DNA from: Chthonomonadales bacterium
Lineage (GTDB): Bacteria; Armatimonadota; Chthonomonadetes; Chthonomonadales; CAJBBX01
DNA length: 45,438 bases
NCBI GenBank assembly: GCA_049967475.1
Contig: JBMFSQ010000028.1
Location: forward strand, 1 to 45,438
Direction of reading: 5' to 3'
Under the pieces are notes generated by a model. The model was not told where the DNA came from. It worked only from the letters and a program-made list of their open reading frames with translations, and did no database searches. Made by a program: the position numbers and the translations under genes. This document shows positions 26,490 through 34,006 of the stretch, piece after piece (the stretch's first letter is position 1; the number at the start of each line of letters is the position of its first letter).

Positions 26490-27338
26490 CTACTGCTGCC
26501 CGCCTGTGGTGAGGTTGAGCCAGGTAAGGTTCTGCCAGCGGTAGAATTTGGCGTGACCGTCCACAAAGCTCACGTTGGAACCTCCGTGGTGGCGCGCCGA
26601 TTGTTCCATCTTGGCTTGACCATAGGTGTTGATATAGTACTGGGCGTTGTGGCAGCAGTCCCACATGATGCAGCACCCTTCCCGCTGGGATGCCGCCGCA
26701 GAGCGGATGGCGATCCAATCGGGCTTTGCCCAACTTGAGGGCCAGTTCGTTTCCCACACGTCCGCCAATTGGGATGCGTTGTCGCCGAACATCATTCGGT
26801 TGGCCGGCGTTGGGATAGCCGCGAGCTTGGCTACGTGCCAGCCCCCGCCCCAATAGCCTGCCATGAGGTTCTCTGCGACGCCATAGGATACGTAGTTGGG
26901 ATTGCATCCGTCCCAGAAATTGCATCCCACACCTGTGTTGGGATTGAAGGGGCCGAAGATGTCGTGCCGGCCTCCGTCGTCGCTGCAATTGGCCCAGGCA
27001 TCGTCCCATTGAAGGATGTCTTCGGGGCAGCGGTAGATGCCGGTGTTTTTGACGTAGGGATAGATGGCCGGAGCCCAGAAGGCAGAGCTGTCCCTGGGCA
27101 ACCCCTGGTTGGCACCGTTGCAGTAGTAGCCCCAGTTCCATGCCCAGAAGACTTCGTCGTAGTCCTGCACATACATGAGCGCGCCCAAGGTGAGCTGCTT
27201 CACGTTGGAGAGGCAGGAAGAGGTGCGGGCTGCGGCACGCGCTTGGGCGAAGACAGGAAACAGAATAGCTGCCAAGATCGCGATGATTGCGATCACCACA
27301 AGCAGCTCGATTAGGGTAAAGCCTTTGCGGCGGTTCAT
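26490..27338 (-). CDS. Prepilin-type N-terminal cleavage/methylation, DUF1559 and H-X9-DG domain protein, copy B
   Basis: 282 aa from [13 protein letters not shown]; identical to copy A except the leader (NRR vs RKH) and last residue (Q vs L); AAGGAG RBS. Confidence 0.92.
   Translation of the reverse strand: MNRRKGFTLIELLVVIAIIAILAAILFPVFAQARAAARTSSCLSNVKQLTLGALMYVQDYDEVFWAWNWGYYCNGANQGLPRDSSAFWAPAIYPYVKNTGIYRCPEDILQWDDAWANCSDDGGRHDIFGPFNPNTGVGCNFWDGCNPNYVSYGVAENLMAGYWGGGWHVAKLAAIPTPANRMMFGDNASQLADVWETNWPSSWAKPDWIAIRSAAASQREGCCIMWDCCHNAQYYINTYGQAKMEQSARHHGGSNVSFVDGHAKFYRWQNLTWLNLTTGGQQ
26495..27327. repeat. 833-bp direct repeat, copy 2
   Basis: Matches 25443-26275; identity breaks at 26494/25442 and 27328/26276. 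Confidence 0.93.
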
Positions 27339-27430
27339 GGTAGTTCAAGTTCTCCTTCAGTTTCTTAAAGGTTCCTGTGCTCAGCCCTTCTTGGCGAATT
27401 GGCTGGCGGCACGGGCTTGCCCTCGATGTG

Positions 27431-27646
27431 CTAGGGGTTGGAGGGCGCCCCAGTTGGTGCAGCGCCAGGGGCCCCTGCATGCTTGCCGTGCTGGCCCAGG
27501 GCCTGCTGCATCTTCTGAATTTGCTCAGGCGAAAGTTTCACTTTGCTTGGCGGCATGAGCTGCTTCACAAAGAAATAGCCGATGATGAGCACGATCACGA
27601 CGATGACCACTACGGCGACGCCGGCAGGTATCTGCGATTTGCCCAT
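27431..27646 (-). CDS. Small single-TM hypothetical protein in the DUF1559 locus
   Basis: 71 aa; PAGVAVVVIVVIVLIIGYFF TM followed by a Pro/Gln/Gly-rich tail; AAGGAGA RBS. Confidence 0.8.
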   Translation of the reverse strand: MGKSQIPAGVAVVVIVVIVLIIGYFFVKQLMPPSKVKLSPEQIQKMQQALGQHGKHAGAPGAAPTGAPSNP

Positions 27647-27690
27647 TTCCGTCTCTCCTTTCCAATGAGTAACGAATGGCCGCTACGAGG

Positions 27691-28749
27691 TCAGCGCTTC
27701 GAGCGGCGACCTTTGGCGGGTCTGGCGGTTGACCCACGCACATCGAGGCGGACGGCCAACCGCATGGCGCGGCTCAGCACCGAACGTCCCTGGATCAGGT
27801 CCATCAGCATGTCAACCCCGGTTGCCCCAATCTGGCGAAGGGGCTGCCACACCGAGGTAAGGGGCGGGCGGCAGCGGGCGCTGATCTCCGTAGAATTGAA
27901 GCTCACAATCGAGCATTCGTCCGGGACACGGATGCCCGCTTGCGGCAGAGCCTCTGCAAACATGGATGCGCGCAGTTCGTCGCAGCAAACTACGGCCGTG
28001 GGCCGCGGCTGCAGCCCTGCGAAGTACGACACTGCCTCTTCCACCCATTTCGCCGAAGGGAGGGCATTCTCCTGCCAGTGGAGCCGCGTGATTGCTTCCG
28101 GACGGATGTTCGCGGCTTCCAGCTCCTGCTCGAACCCCCATCGGCGCTCGGCGCCCCAAGACACGTTGTCCCCAGGGTAGAGCAACAGGAAGCTTCGGTG
28201 CCCCAGTTCGATGAGGTGGCGAGCAGCCAATGCCCCTCCGGCTAAGTTGTCCCCGTCCACACTCACACACCGTGGGTGGTCAATATGGTACGAGAGGCAG
28301 ACGGTGGGAAAGCCGTGTTCCAGCAGGGCGGGGGTCAGTTCATCCCCGGCGAAGCGCCCCACCAGGAGCACGCCGTCGCTTGCGCCGCCCACAATATCCG
28401 AGAAGAGCGAGCGCCAATCCGGATAATGGGCAGCATGAAGGAGGAGGTTGTGGTTATGCTTGAGAGCCCCTTCCGTGATGCCGGCGAGGACCTCCATGAA
28501 GTAGGTGTCTCCGGCTCCGAAGCTCTCGGGGGCGTTGAGGACGATGCCGATGCGGGTTGTTCGGCCTGTAGCCAAGGCCCGGGCGGCGGCATGGGGCCGG
28601 TACCCAAACCTGCGCGCAGCCGAAAGGACCCTTTGCTGAGTGGAAGCAGGGATCGCTGCGGGCCTTCCATTGAGCACAAAGGAAGCCGTTGTAGGAGAAA
28701 CCCCCGCGGCGCGGGCAACGTCCGCCAAAGTAACGCGCTTTGCAGCCAT
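27691..28749 (-). CDS. LacI-family transcriptional regulator
   Basis: 352 aa; VTLADVARAAGVSPTTASFVLN HTH, GYRPHAAARAL hinge, HLIELGHR, RVPDECSIVSF, PPLTSV. Confidence 0.95.
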   Translation of the reverse strand: MAAKRVTLADVARAAGVSPTTASFVLNGRPAAIPASTQQRVLSAARRFGYRPHAAARALATGRTTRIGIVLNAPESFGAGDTYFMEVLAGITEGALKHNHNLLLHAAHYPDWRSLFSDIVGGASDGVLLVGRFAGDELTPALLEHGFPTVCLSYHIDHPRCVSVDGDNLAGGALAARHLIELGHRSFLLLYPGDNVSWGAERRWGFEQELEAANIRPEAITRLHWQENALPSAKWVEEAVSYFAGLQPRPTAVVCCDELRASMFAEALPQAGIRVPDECSIVSFNSTEISARCRPPLTSVWQPLRQIGATGVDMLMDLIQGRSVLSRAMRLAVRLDVRGSTARPAKGRRSKR

Positions 28750-28787
28750 GGGGCTCGGCCCAATCCTCGGAACGAATGTGTCAGCTA

Positions 28788-28816
28788 AGGATATCACCTG
28801 GCCTATGGAATGTCAA
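28788..28816 (-). promoter_or_regulatory. Sigma70 promoter of the LacI-DUF1559 locus
   Basis: TTGACA (28816-28811), 17 nt, TATCCT (28793-28788) with TGn extension. Confidence 0.7.
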
Positions 28817-28855
28817 GAGGCTTCCGCTTCATGACGGCTTGCAGAATTCGCTCTC

Positions 28856-28884
28856 TTGACGGCGTGGGCAAAGCTCTCTATAAT
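28856..28884 (+). promoter_or_regulatory. Near-consensus sigma70 promoter of the TPR gene
   Basis: TTGACG (28856-28861), 17 nt, TATAAT (28879-28884). Confidence 0.78.
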
Positions 28885-28927
28885 GCCGATGGAGCAAAGC
28901 AGGGAGGCTCCCCGAGAGGAGGTCCGC

Positions 28928-29476
28928 ATGAACGCGCAGGCGAACGCACTTCGGCAGGCTGGATACAATGCGCTCCGGGCCGGCCGACTGGATGAGGCGG
29001 TAAGGGATTTTCAGCAAGCGGCGATGTTGGAACCCGAGGCATACGACACGTTCGCCTACCTAGGCGCGGCGTATGCACGCCAAGGCAATTATGAAAGTGC
29101 CCGCCGTGCCTTTGGGCGGGCCGTGCAGATCCGCCCAGACTCGCCCAAGGCCCGGTTCAACCTGGGAAGCGCCCATCAAATGGCCGGGGACCTGGAGGCC
29201 GCCCGCATCTGTTATCAAGCTGCGCTGGATTTGGATCCCAACTACACCCAGGCGCACGAAGCCCTGGCTAAACTTCCTAAAAAGGAAATCAGCGTGTCGG
29301 AGCTTGCCAGCCCGGGAGCCATGCACTTGCCGGGCGCCCAGGCCACGCATCTTGGCGACGAAAAGGCGGTATCCGATGCTCCTGCCATGACGCCGGAGGA
29401 AGTCGCAAGGCTGGCGGCGCCGGGAGGCCATCTGCATATCATGGGAGCCCAGGCGGTAGAGGAAGACCAGCCGTGA
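28928..29476 (+). CDS. Tetratricopeptide repeat protein
   Basis: 182 aa; about 3 TPRs (AVRDFQQAAMLEP, LGAAYARQG..A..AF..AVQIRP, ARFNLG...ALDLDP); AGGAGGT RBS. Confidence 0.88.
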   Translation: MNAQANALRQAGYNALRAGRLDEAVRDFQQAAMLEPEAYDTFAYLGAAYARQGNYESARRAFGRAVQIRPDSPKARFNLGSAHQMAGDLEAARICYQAALDLDPNYTQAHEALAKLPKKEISVSELASPGAMHLPGAQATHLGDEKAVSDAPAMTPEEVARLAAPGGHLHIMGAQAVEEDQP

Positions 29477-29600
29477 TCCGGTGCGGAGTTCCCGGTGGGA
29501 AGGCAACCGGCCGCCGCATCGGCAGCCCGTGCCCGGGATACGCAGGGATTTGCCTTAGCGAGGGCGTCGCGCTTCGGGCTGCAAGCCCTCCAACAGAGGG

Positions 29601-30542
29601 TCACGGGATGCGCTCCAGCCAGTAATCCAGGAATTGGGTTTGGCGGAAATTGGCGCACGCCAAGTTTTCCGGCGGCTCACCGGCTAGCGCGGATGAAGGT
29701 ACGAGGCCGATGATTTCGCTGCCCACCACCCTTACACCCTCCCGATCTGCGTGGCGCGCCACATAGCGGAAGATCGGCGGGAGCGGAGTTGCATCCGGGT
29801 GCGTGATGTTCATGGACACCTGGCTCCTGCGGCGGGAAGGCAACACCATGGCCAGTGCCCGTACTCCCCAAAGCTCCGGCAGATGCTTGCGGTCCTTGCG
29901 GATGGCGGATGCGATGCGGCCCGCCGCGAAGCCCTCCGGCTCGTCCAGGATCACGTTGTAGGCTACGAGAGGTCCCCGCACTCCCACCACGGTAGCTCCT
30001 GCCGTAGGATGCAGCCTGGGAGGACCGAAGTCCGGCGCGCGCGCCCCCGTCAGCGGGCCGCCTGCAAGCGCTTCGAAACCGCCGTTTCGGATGTGCGGCA
30101 GGGTAGAGGGCCGGTTGGCGCGCGCGGACTGCTCGTAGAGGTAAACCGGCAGGTCATATCGGCGAGCCAGCTCTTGCGCCAGCATCACGGATCGCTCCAC
30201 AAGCAGTTCGGTGCTCACGTTGCGCACAGGTACGAGGGGCACTACATCCATCGCGCCGATACGGGGGTGGGCTCCTCTGTGGCTGCGCAGATCAATGAAG
30301 GCCAGAGAAGGCTCCGCTGCGGCCATTACCGCTTCGGCAACTACGTCCGGCGTGCCCAGAATAGTCGCGACCAACCGGTTGTGATCGAAGTCGGCGGACC
30401 AATCGGCCAGGTGCACTTGGGGCGCGCGCCGAATCGCATCCAGAATCGCTTCCACTACGCCGGGTCGCCGCCCTTCACTGAAGTTGATGGCGCTTTGCAC
30501 CAATGGGGAGCCGGTGCCGCCGATCGCCTCGGGCCCGTCCAC
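29601..30542 (-). CDS. ftcD: Glutamate formimidoyltransferase (stand-alone FT domain)
   Basis: 313 aa; NFSEGR, DHNR, IDLRSHRGAHPRIGAMDVVPLVP, PVYLYE, PDFGP, PLVAYN, QVSMN, SEIIGLVP. Confidence 0.9.
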   Translation of the reverse strand: MDGPEAIGGTGSPLVQSAINFSEGRRPGVVEAILDAIRRAPQVHLADWSADFDHNRLVATILGTPDVVAEAVMAAAEPSLAFIDLRSHRGAHPRIGAMDVVPLVPVRNVSTELLVERSVMLAQELARRYDLPVYLYEQSARANRPSTLPHIRNGGFEALAGGPLTGARAPDFGPPRLHPTAGATVVGVRGPLVAYNVILDEPEGFAAGRIASAIRKDRKHLPELWGVRALAMVLPSRRRSQVSMNITHPDATPLPPIFRYVARHADREGVRVVGSEIIGLVPSSALAGEPPENLACANFRQTQFLDYWLERIP

Positions 30543-30548
30543 GCGCGG

Positions 30549-32456
30549 CTATTTCCCTCCCCGGGTGCTCTGGAGGTAGTCCTTCACGAGCTGGAGGAGC
30601 GTATGGGGGTCCACCACCTGAATATCGGGGCGAAGCTGGTGAAGACGTTCTACCAATTCCTTATGGCCCGACGGGGACCACAGAATGGTGCGATAGATTG
30701 CGAACGAGGGGCCCGTGCCGGGAGTGTCGGCCGCGATGGTGTCTGCCGCTTCCTGGGACGTGCCGGTGAGGTCCCGCCCCATTCGGAGGAAGGGAACCCC
30801 GTGCACCAGAGACATGGGCGGGATCTTTTGCGCTACCACTCCGCACGGTGAGAAGCGGGCGTAGGCATCCATTACCTCTGGGGTCATGGGGGGCGCGTTG
30901 CCGTCTATGATAAACCCGGTGAGGCAGAGGCCCCACTTGCGGTACAGCGCCGCGTTGAAGGCTTCCCATGCCGGCAGACCCGATGGAAGTCCGCTCCACT
31001 TGCGCGGCGGCACGAGGTATCCCGGGTTCAGGTAGCCGGCGCCCGAATCCCCAGCGATGAAGAAATCATTCGGGGTCGCCGTTTTGCGTGCCCATGCGAG
31101 CCCCACGGGGAAGCGCTCCTGGAGCACGGGGTTGAAGGCCCATCCCAGAGGCACAGAACCCCGCGCCGGGTCGTTCCAAAACTCGGGCAGCTTCTGGTAA
31201 AGCCATGCTGCGGAGTCATAATCCCCCACATAAAACGACACGAAGGGGCGGGGCGCCACGTGCAAATGGTTTCCCGATTGCGTCAGATAACCTTTCCGGA
31301 TGAGCTCCTGTTCTGTCGGCAGATGCTTCTGCGGATAGGACGGGGCCAAGGGGTAGTGCTGATAGAGGGACGCATTTGCCATGGCATGAAGGCCGGCAGC
31401 ATCGGCGTCCATGAAGGCGTTAAAGCAGGAGAGGATTTCGGCATAGCGCCATTCCGTGGCAACGCCGCCGTGCTTGCCTCCGGTGTGGTCCGTGTACTTC
31501 TGGTCCCAAGGGGGAAAGCCGCACACATGGATCATCTTGCCGCGGGCAGCGGTGTAGGCAGCGCGAAGGATCTCGCGGAGCGTCCGTGCGTCGGCCCCTA
31601 AGGGTTGGTGGGGATCGTCCTCGGGTGCTTCATCATCCCACGGAGTAAGATCGAAGAGGAAGCCGTGCCGGGCGATGATGAAATCGTGGTTGGACAGCAG
31701 CGTGCGATCCGGCGGTATGGCGCCGGGATGCTCGAGCCACCACGCATCAGGATAATATCCGAGGAGGGTAGCGCTGCACCGGCCCGGCCTGAGGTACCGC
31801 TCCACCGCCCAAAGGTATGCGTCGCACTTGGCGCTGCCTGTGGAGGGCAGGTTCGTGCCGGGTATCGTGCCGCTGCCTGTGAAGAGGGGTTCGCCGTCTG
31901 CCTGATAGAGGCGCAGGACCACAGGCAGTTCCGGGCCGCGGGCCGACAGGATGAGGCGGTCGTAAAGGGAACCGGGGGATGGGTCGTGACGCACCACGAC
32001 TGCCCGCTCCACTCCTGCGGCGGTAGATGCCACGTTGGAGGTGGCAGGAACCGCTTCGTCCCACACCACCGCGCCGCGAATAGCCGGCCGGAATGTGGCG
32101 ATGAGCGCTTCGGGAGTGCGGATGGGCACCAATTTGCATCCGGCCAACCAGGACCCGGGCGTTCGGAGCTGATCCAACCAAAAGCGGTCTATGCTTCCGC
32201 GATGGCCTACCAGAAATACGTACAGGCGCGGTTTGAGGCGATTGACGATGCCCTGGACGGACGCCACGAGCTGAAGTTCGTCCCAAGCAGCTCGGCGTGC
32301 CGCAGGGTCGCTCATGTCCTTTCGGAGCAGATGCGTCAGATCGTAGGTGTAGAGCGTTTCTTCCGCGGCTGCCATACGGCGTCCTCCGGATGCAATCAGC
32401 CAGAAGAAGGCGCATAAGAGTGCCGGCTTGCGCACCGAGGATGCAGTTATTCTCAC
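30549..32456 (-). CDS. GxGYxYP-domain putative glycoside hydrolase
   Basis: 635 aa; signal-like N-terminus; ASVQGIVNR..PRLY, FYVGDYDS, PARGSVPLGW, DSGAGYLNP. Confidence 0.8.
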   Translation of the reverse strand: MRITASSVRKPALLCAFFWLIASGGRRMAAAEETLYTYDLTHLLRKDMSDPAARRAAWDELQLVASVQGIVNRLKPRLYVFLVGHRGSIDRFWLDQLRTPGSWLAGCKLVPIRTPEALIATFRPAIRGAVVWDEAVPATSNVASTAAGVERAVVVRHDPSPGSLYDRLILSARGPELPVVLRLYQADGEPLFTGSGTIPGTNLPSTGSAKCDAYLWAVERYLRPGRCSATLLGYYPDAWWLEHPGAIPPDRTLLSNHDFIIARHGFLFDLTPWDDEAPEDDPHQPLGADARTLREILRAAYTAARGKMIHVCGFPPWDQKYTDHTGGKHGGVATEWRYAEILSCFNAFMDADAAGLHAMANASLYQHYPLAPSYPQKHLPTEQELIRKGYLTQSGNHLHVAPRPFVSFYVGDYDSAAWLYQKLPEFWNDPARGSVPLGWAFNPVLQERFPVGLAWARKTATPNDFFIAGDSGAGYLNPGYLVPPRKWSGLPSGLPAWEAFNAALYRKWGLCLTGFIIDGNAPPMTPEVMDAYARFSPCGVVAQKIPPMSLVHGVPFLRMGRDLTGTSQEAADTIAADTPGTGPSFAIYRTILWSPSGHKELVERLHQLRPDIQVVDPHTLLQLVKDYLQSTRGGK

Positions 32457-32474
32457 CTATCCGTTACCCCCGAA

Positions 32475-32520
32475 GACTGGGTGCTCGGAGCCGCCCGGCG
32501 GGCCCTCCGAGTACCCAGTC
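32475..32520 (-). terminator. Strong hairpin after the Gfo/Idh/MocA pair
   Basis: 16-bp stem gactgggtgctcggag/ctccgagtacccagtc; poor U-tract, so possibly an mRNA stabiliser. Confidence 0.5.
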
Positions 32521-32535
32521 CCACGTCTCTCCGTG

Positions 32536-33927
32536 CTAGATCACGGGTGCAACGTAATAGGGGTCTTTTTGAGCGCCAAACCACGCGCGGCGTGTCTTGG
32601 GATCGAAGTGCATGGCAACGCCGTTGCGGTATGAGAGTTCCGCCAACGAGATGATGGTCTGCACGCGAACCGCAAGGTCAATGCCGCAGTTGGGCGTGCC
32701 GCCATTGCGGATGCAATCCAGGAAGTTTCTCTGATGGCGGTCTATAGGTTCGCCACCCGGCACCTGTTCCGAATACGCGTCCACTTCGTCGGCATAAACG
32801 CGCTCCGGCTTCACGTCAATCGTGTCCCCTTGGAAGGTGATGGTTGCTTTGTTGAGGCGGATGGTGTCGGTCCATCCCTGCTCGTTGATGCAGCAGACCA
32901 TCTCCATGATGGAGGGACCGCCCTCGAAGTCCGCGATGACATTGATGAAATCCGGCACGTTGCGGTCGGGTTTCTTGGTGACGGGGTTGATCTTCTGCAC
33001 GTAGAGGCCGCCGAAGGAGGCCACACGGAAGGGGAAGCCTTCTGTGCCTTCCAACGGAATGCCCATGGCGATGTAGTGAGGATGGAGGCGGTGGGGGAGC
33101 AGGTCCCCTACAAGGCCCGAGCCGATCTCCCACCATTTGCGCCAGCGGAAAAACATATCCGGATCCCACTCCTTAGGTCCCTTCCCCCGGCGGAAAACCT
33201 CCCAATTGACGTAGGCATCGCCCGTGGCGTGGGGTCCCGCGTCTTCGTCTATGTGGTAGTAGTTCCATTCCCCGTCCAGGGAATTGCGGTTGTAGCTCCC
33301 CTGAACCATGACGAGCTTGCCGTACTTGCCGGACTTTACGAGTTCCGCTACGGCCTTGTACTTAGGATCCGAGCAGCCCTGGGAGCCCACTTGGAGTACC
33401 CGCTTGGTGCGCTTGCACGTGTCGTAGATGGCAAAGGCCTCCTCCAATGTCTTACACATGGGCTTTTCGATGTACACGTGCTTGCCGGCATTCATCGCAT
33501 CAATAGCAACGGGCGCGTGCCATTGATCCGACGTGGTCACCCAAACGGCGTCTATCTCCTTGATTTCCAGGAGCTTGCGGTAATCCTCGAATGCCTGGCT
33601 GTCTTTGAGGTTGAGTGCCTTCTGGCCGGCGCGCATTCTGCGGCGGTAGAGGTCGCACACGGCGATCTGTTCCGTGTTGTTGTTGAGGCTGTCGGGTCCT
33701 GGCCCGGCGTTTTGTTTGAGGAGGTTGAGGTGTGTCCCTCCTTGCCCGCCGATGCCCACGTGGCCGATGATGATGCGGTCATTGGCTCCGAGCACGCGTG
33801 CGGGCGCCAAAGAATAAACGGAGCTCTTGGCCGGAGGTGCGGCGACTGCGGCCGCCGCTCCTGCTGCCGCCACCGCAGCTTTGCGAAGAAATTCGCGGCG
33901 TGTGGTGCCTGGTTGTGTGTCGCTCAT
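32536..33927 (-). CDS. Tat-exported Gfo/Idh/MocA oxidoreductase
   Basis: 463 aa; TRREFL twin-arginine signal; GHVGIGGQG, WHAP, HVYIEKP, QVGSQ, FFRWRKWW..GSG..GDLLPH. Confidence 0.92.
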   Translation of the reverse strand: MSDTQPGTTRREFLRKAAVAAAGAAAAVAAPPAKSSVYSLAPARVLGANDRIIIGHVGIGGQGGTHLNLLKQNAGPGPDSLNNNTEQIAVCDLYRRRMRAGQKALNLKDSQAFEDYRKLLEIKEIDAVWVTTSDQWHAPVAIDAMNAGKHVYIEKPMCKTLEEAFAIYDTCKRTKRVLQVGSQGCSDPKYKAVAELVKSGKYGKLVMVQGSYNRNSLDGEWNYYHIDEDAGPHATGDAYVNWEVFRRGKGPKEWDPDMFFRWRKWWEIGSGLVGDLLPHRLHPHYIAMGIPLEGTEGFPFRVASFGGLYVQKINPVTKKPDRNVPDFINVIADFEGGPSIMEMVCCINEQGWTDTIRLNKATITFQGDTIDVKPERVYADEVDAYSEQVPGGEPIDRHQRNFLDCIRNGGTPNCGIDLAVRVQTIISLAELSYRNGVAMHFDPKTRRAWFGAQKDPYYVAPVI

Positions 33928-34006
33928 AATCGTTGATGCTCCTTTGAAGTCTTCATCAGAACCTGGGGCGGTCTGTTCACATTGGCTGCTATCGCCCCAC
34001 GAGGTT

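Noticed and set aside
25443..27327. Diversity-generating retroelement (TR/VR pair)
   Set aside because: No reverse transcriptase in the window, the repeat spans the whole gene, and no adenine-specific mismatches were seen
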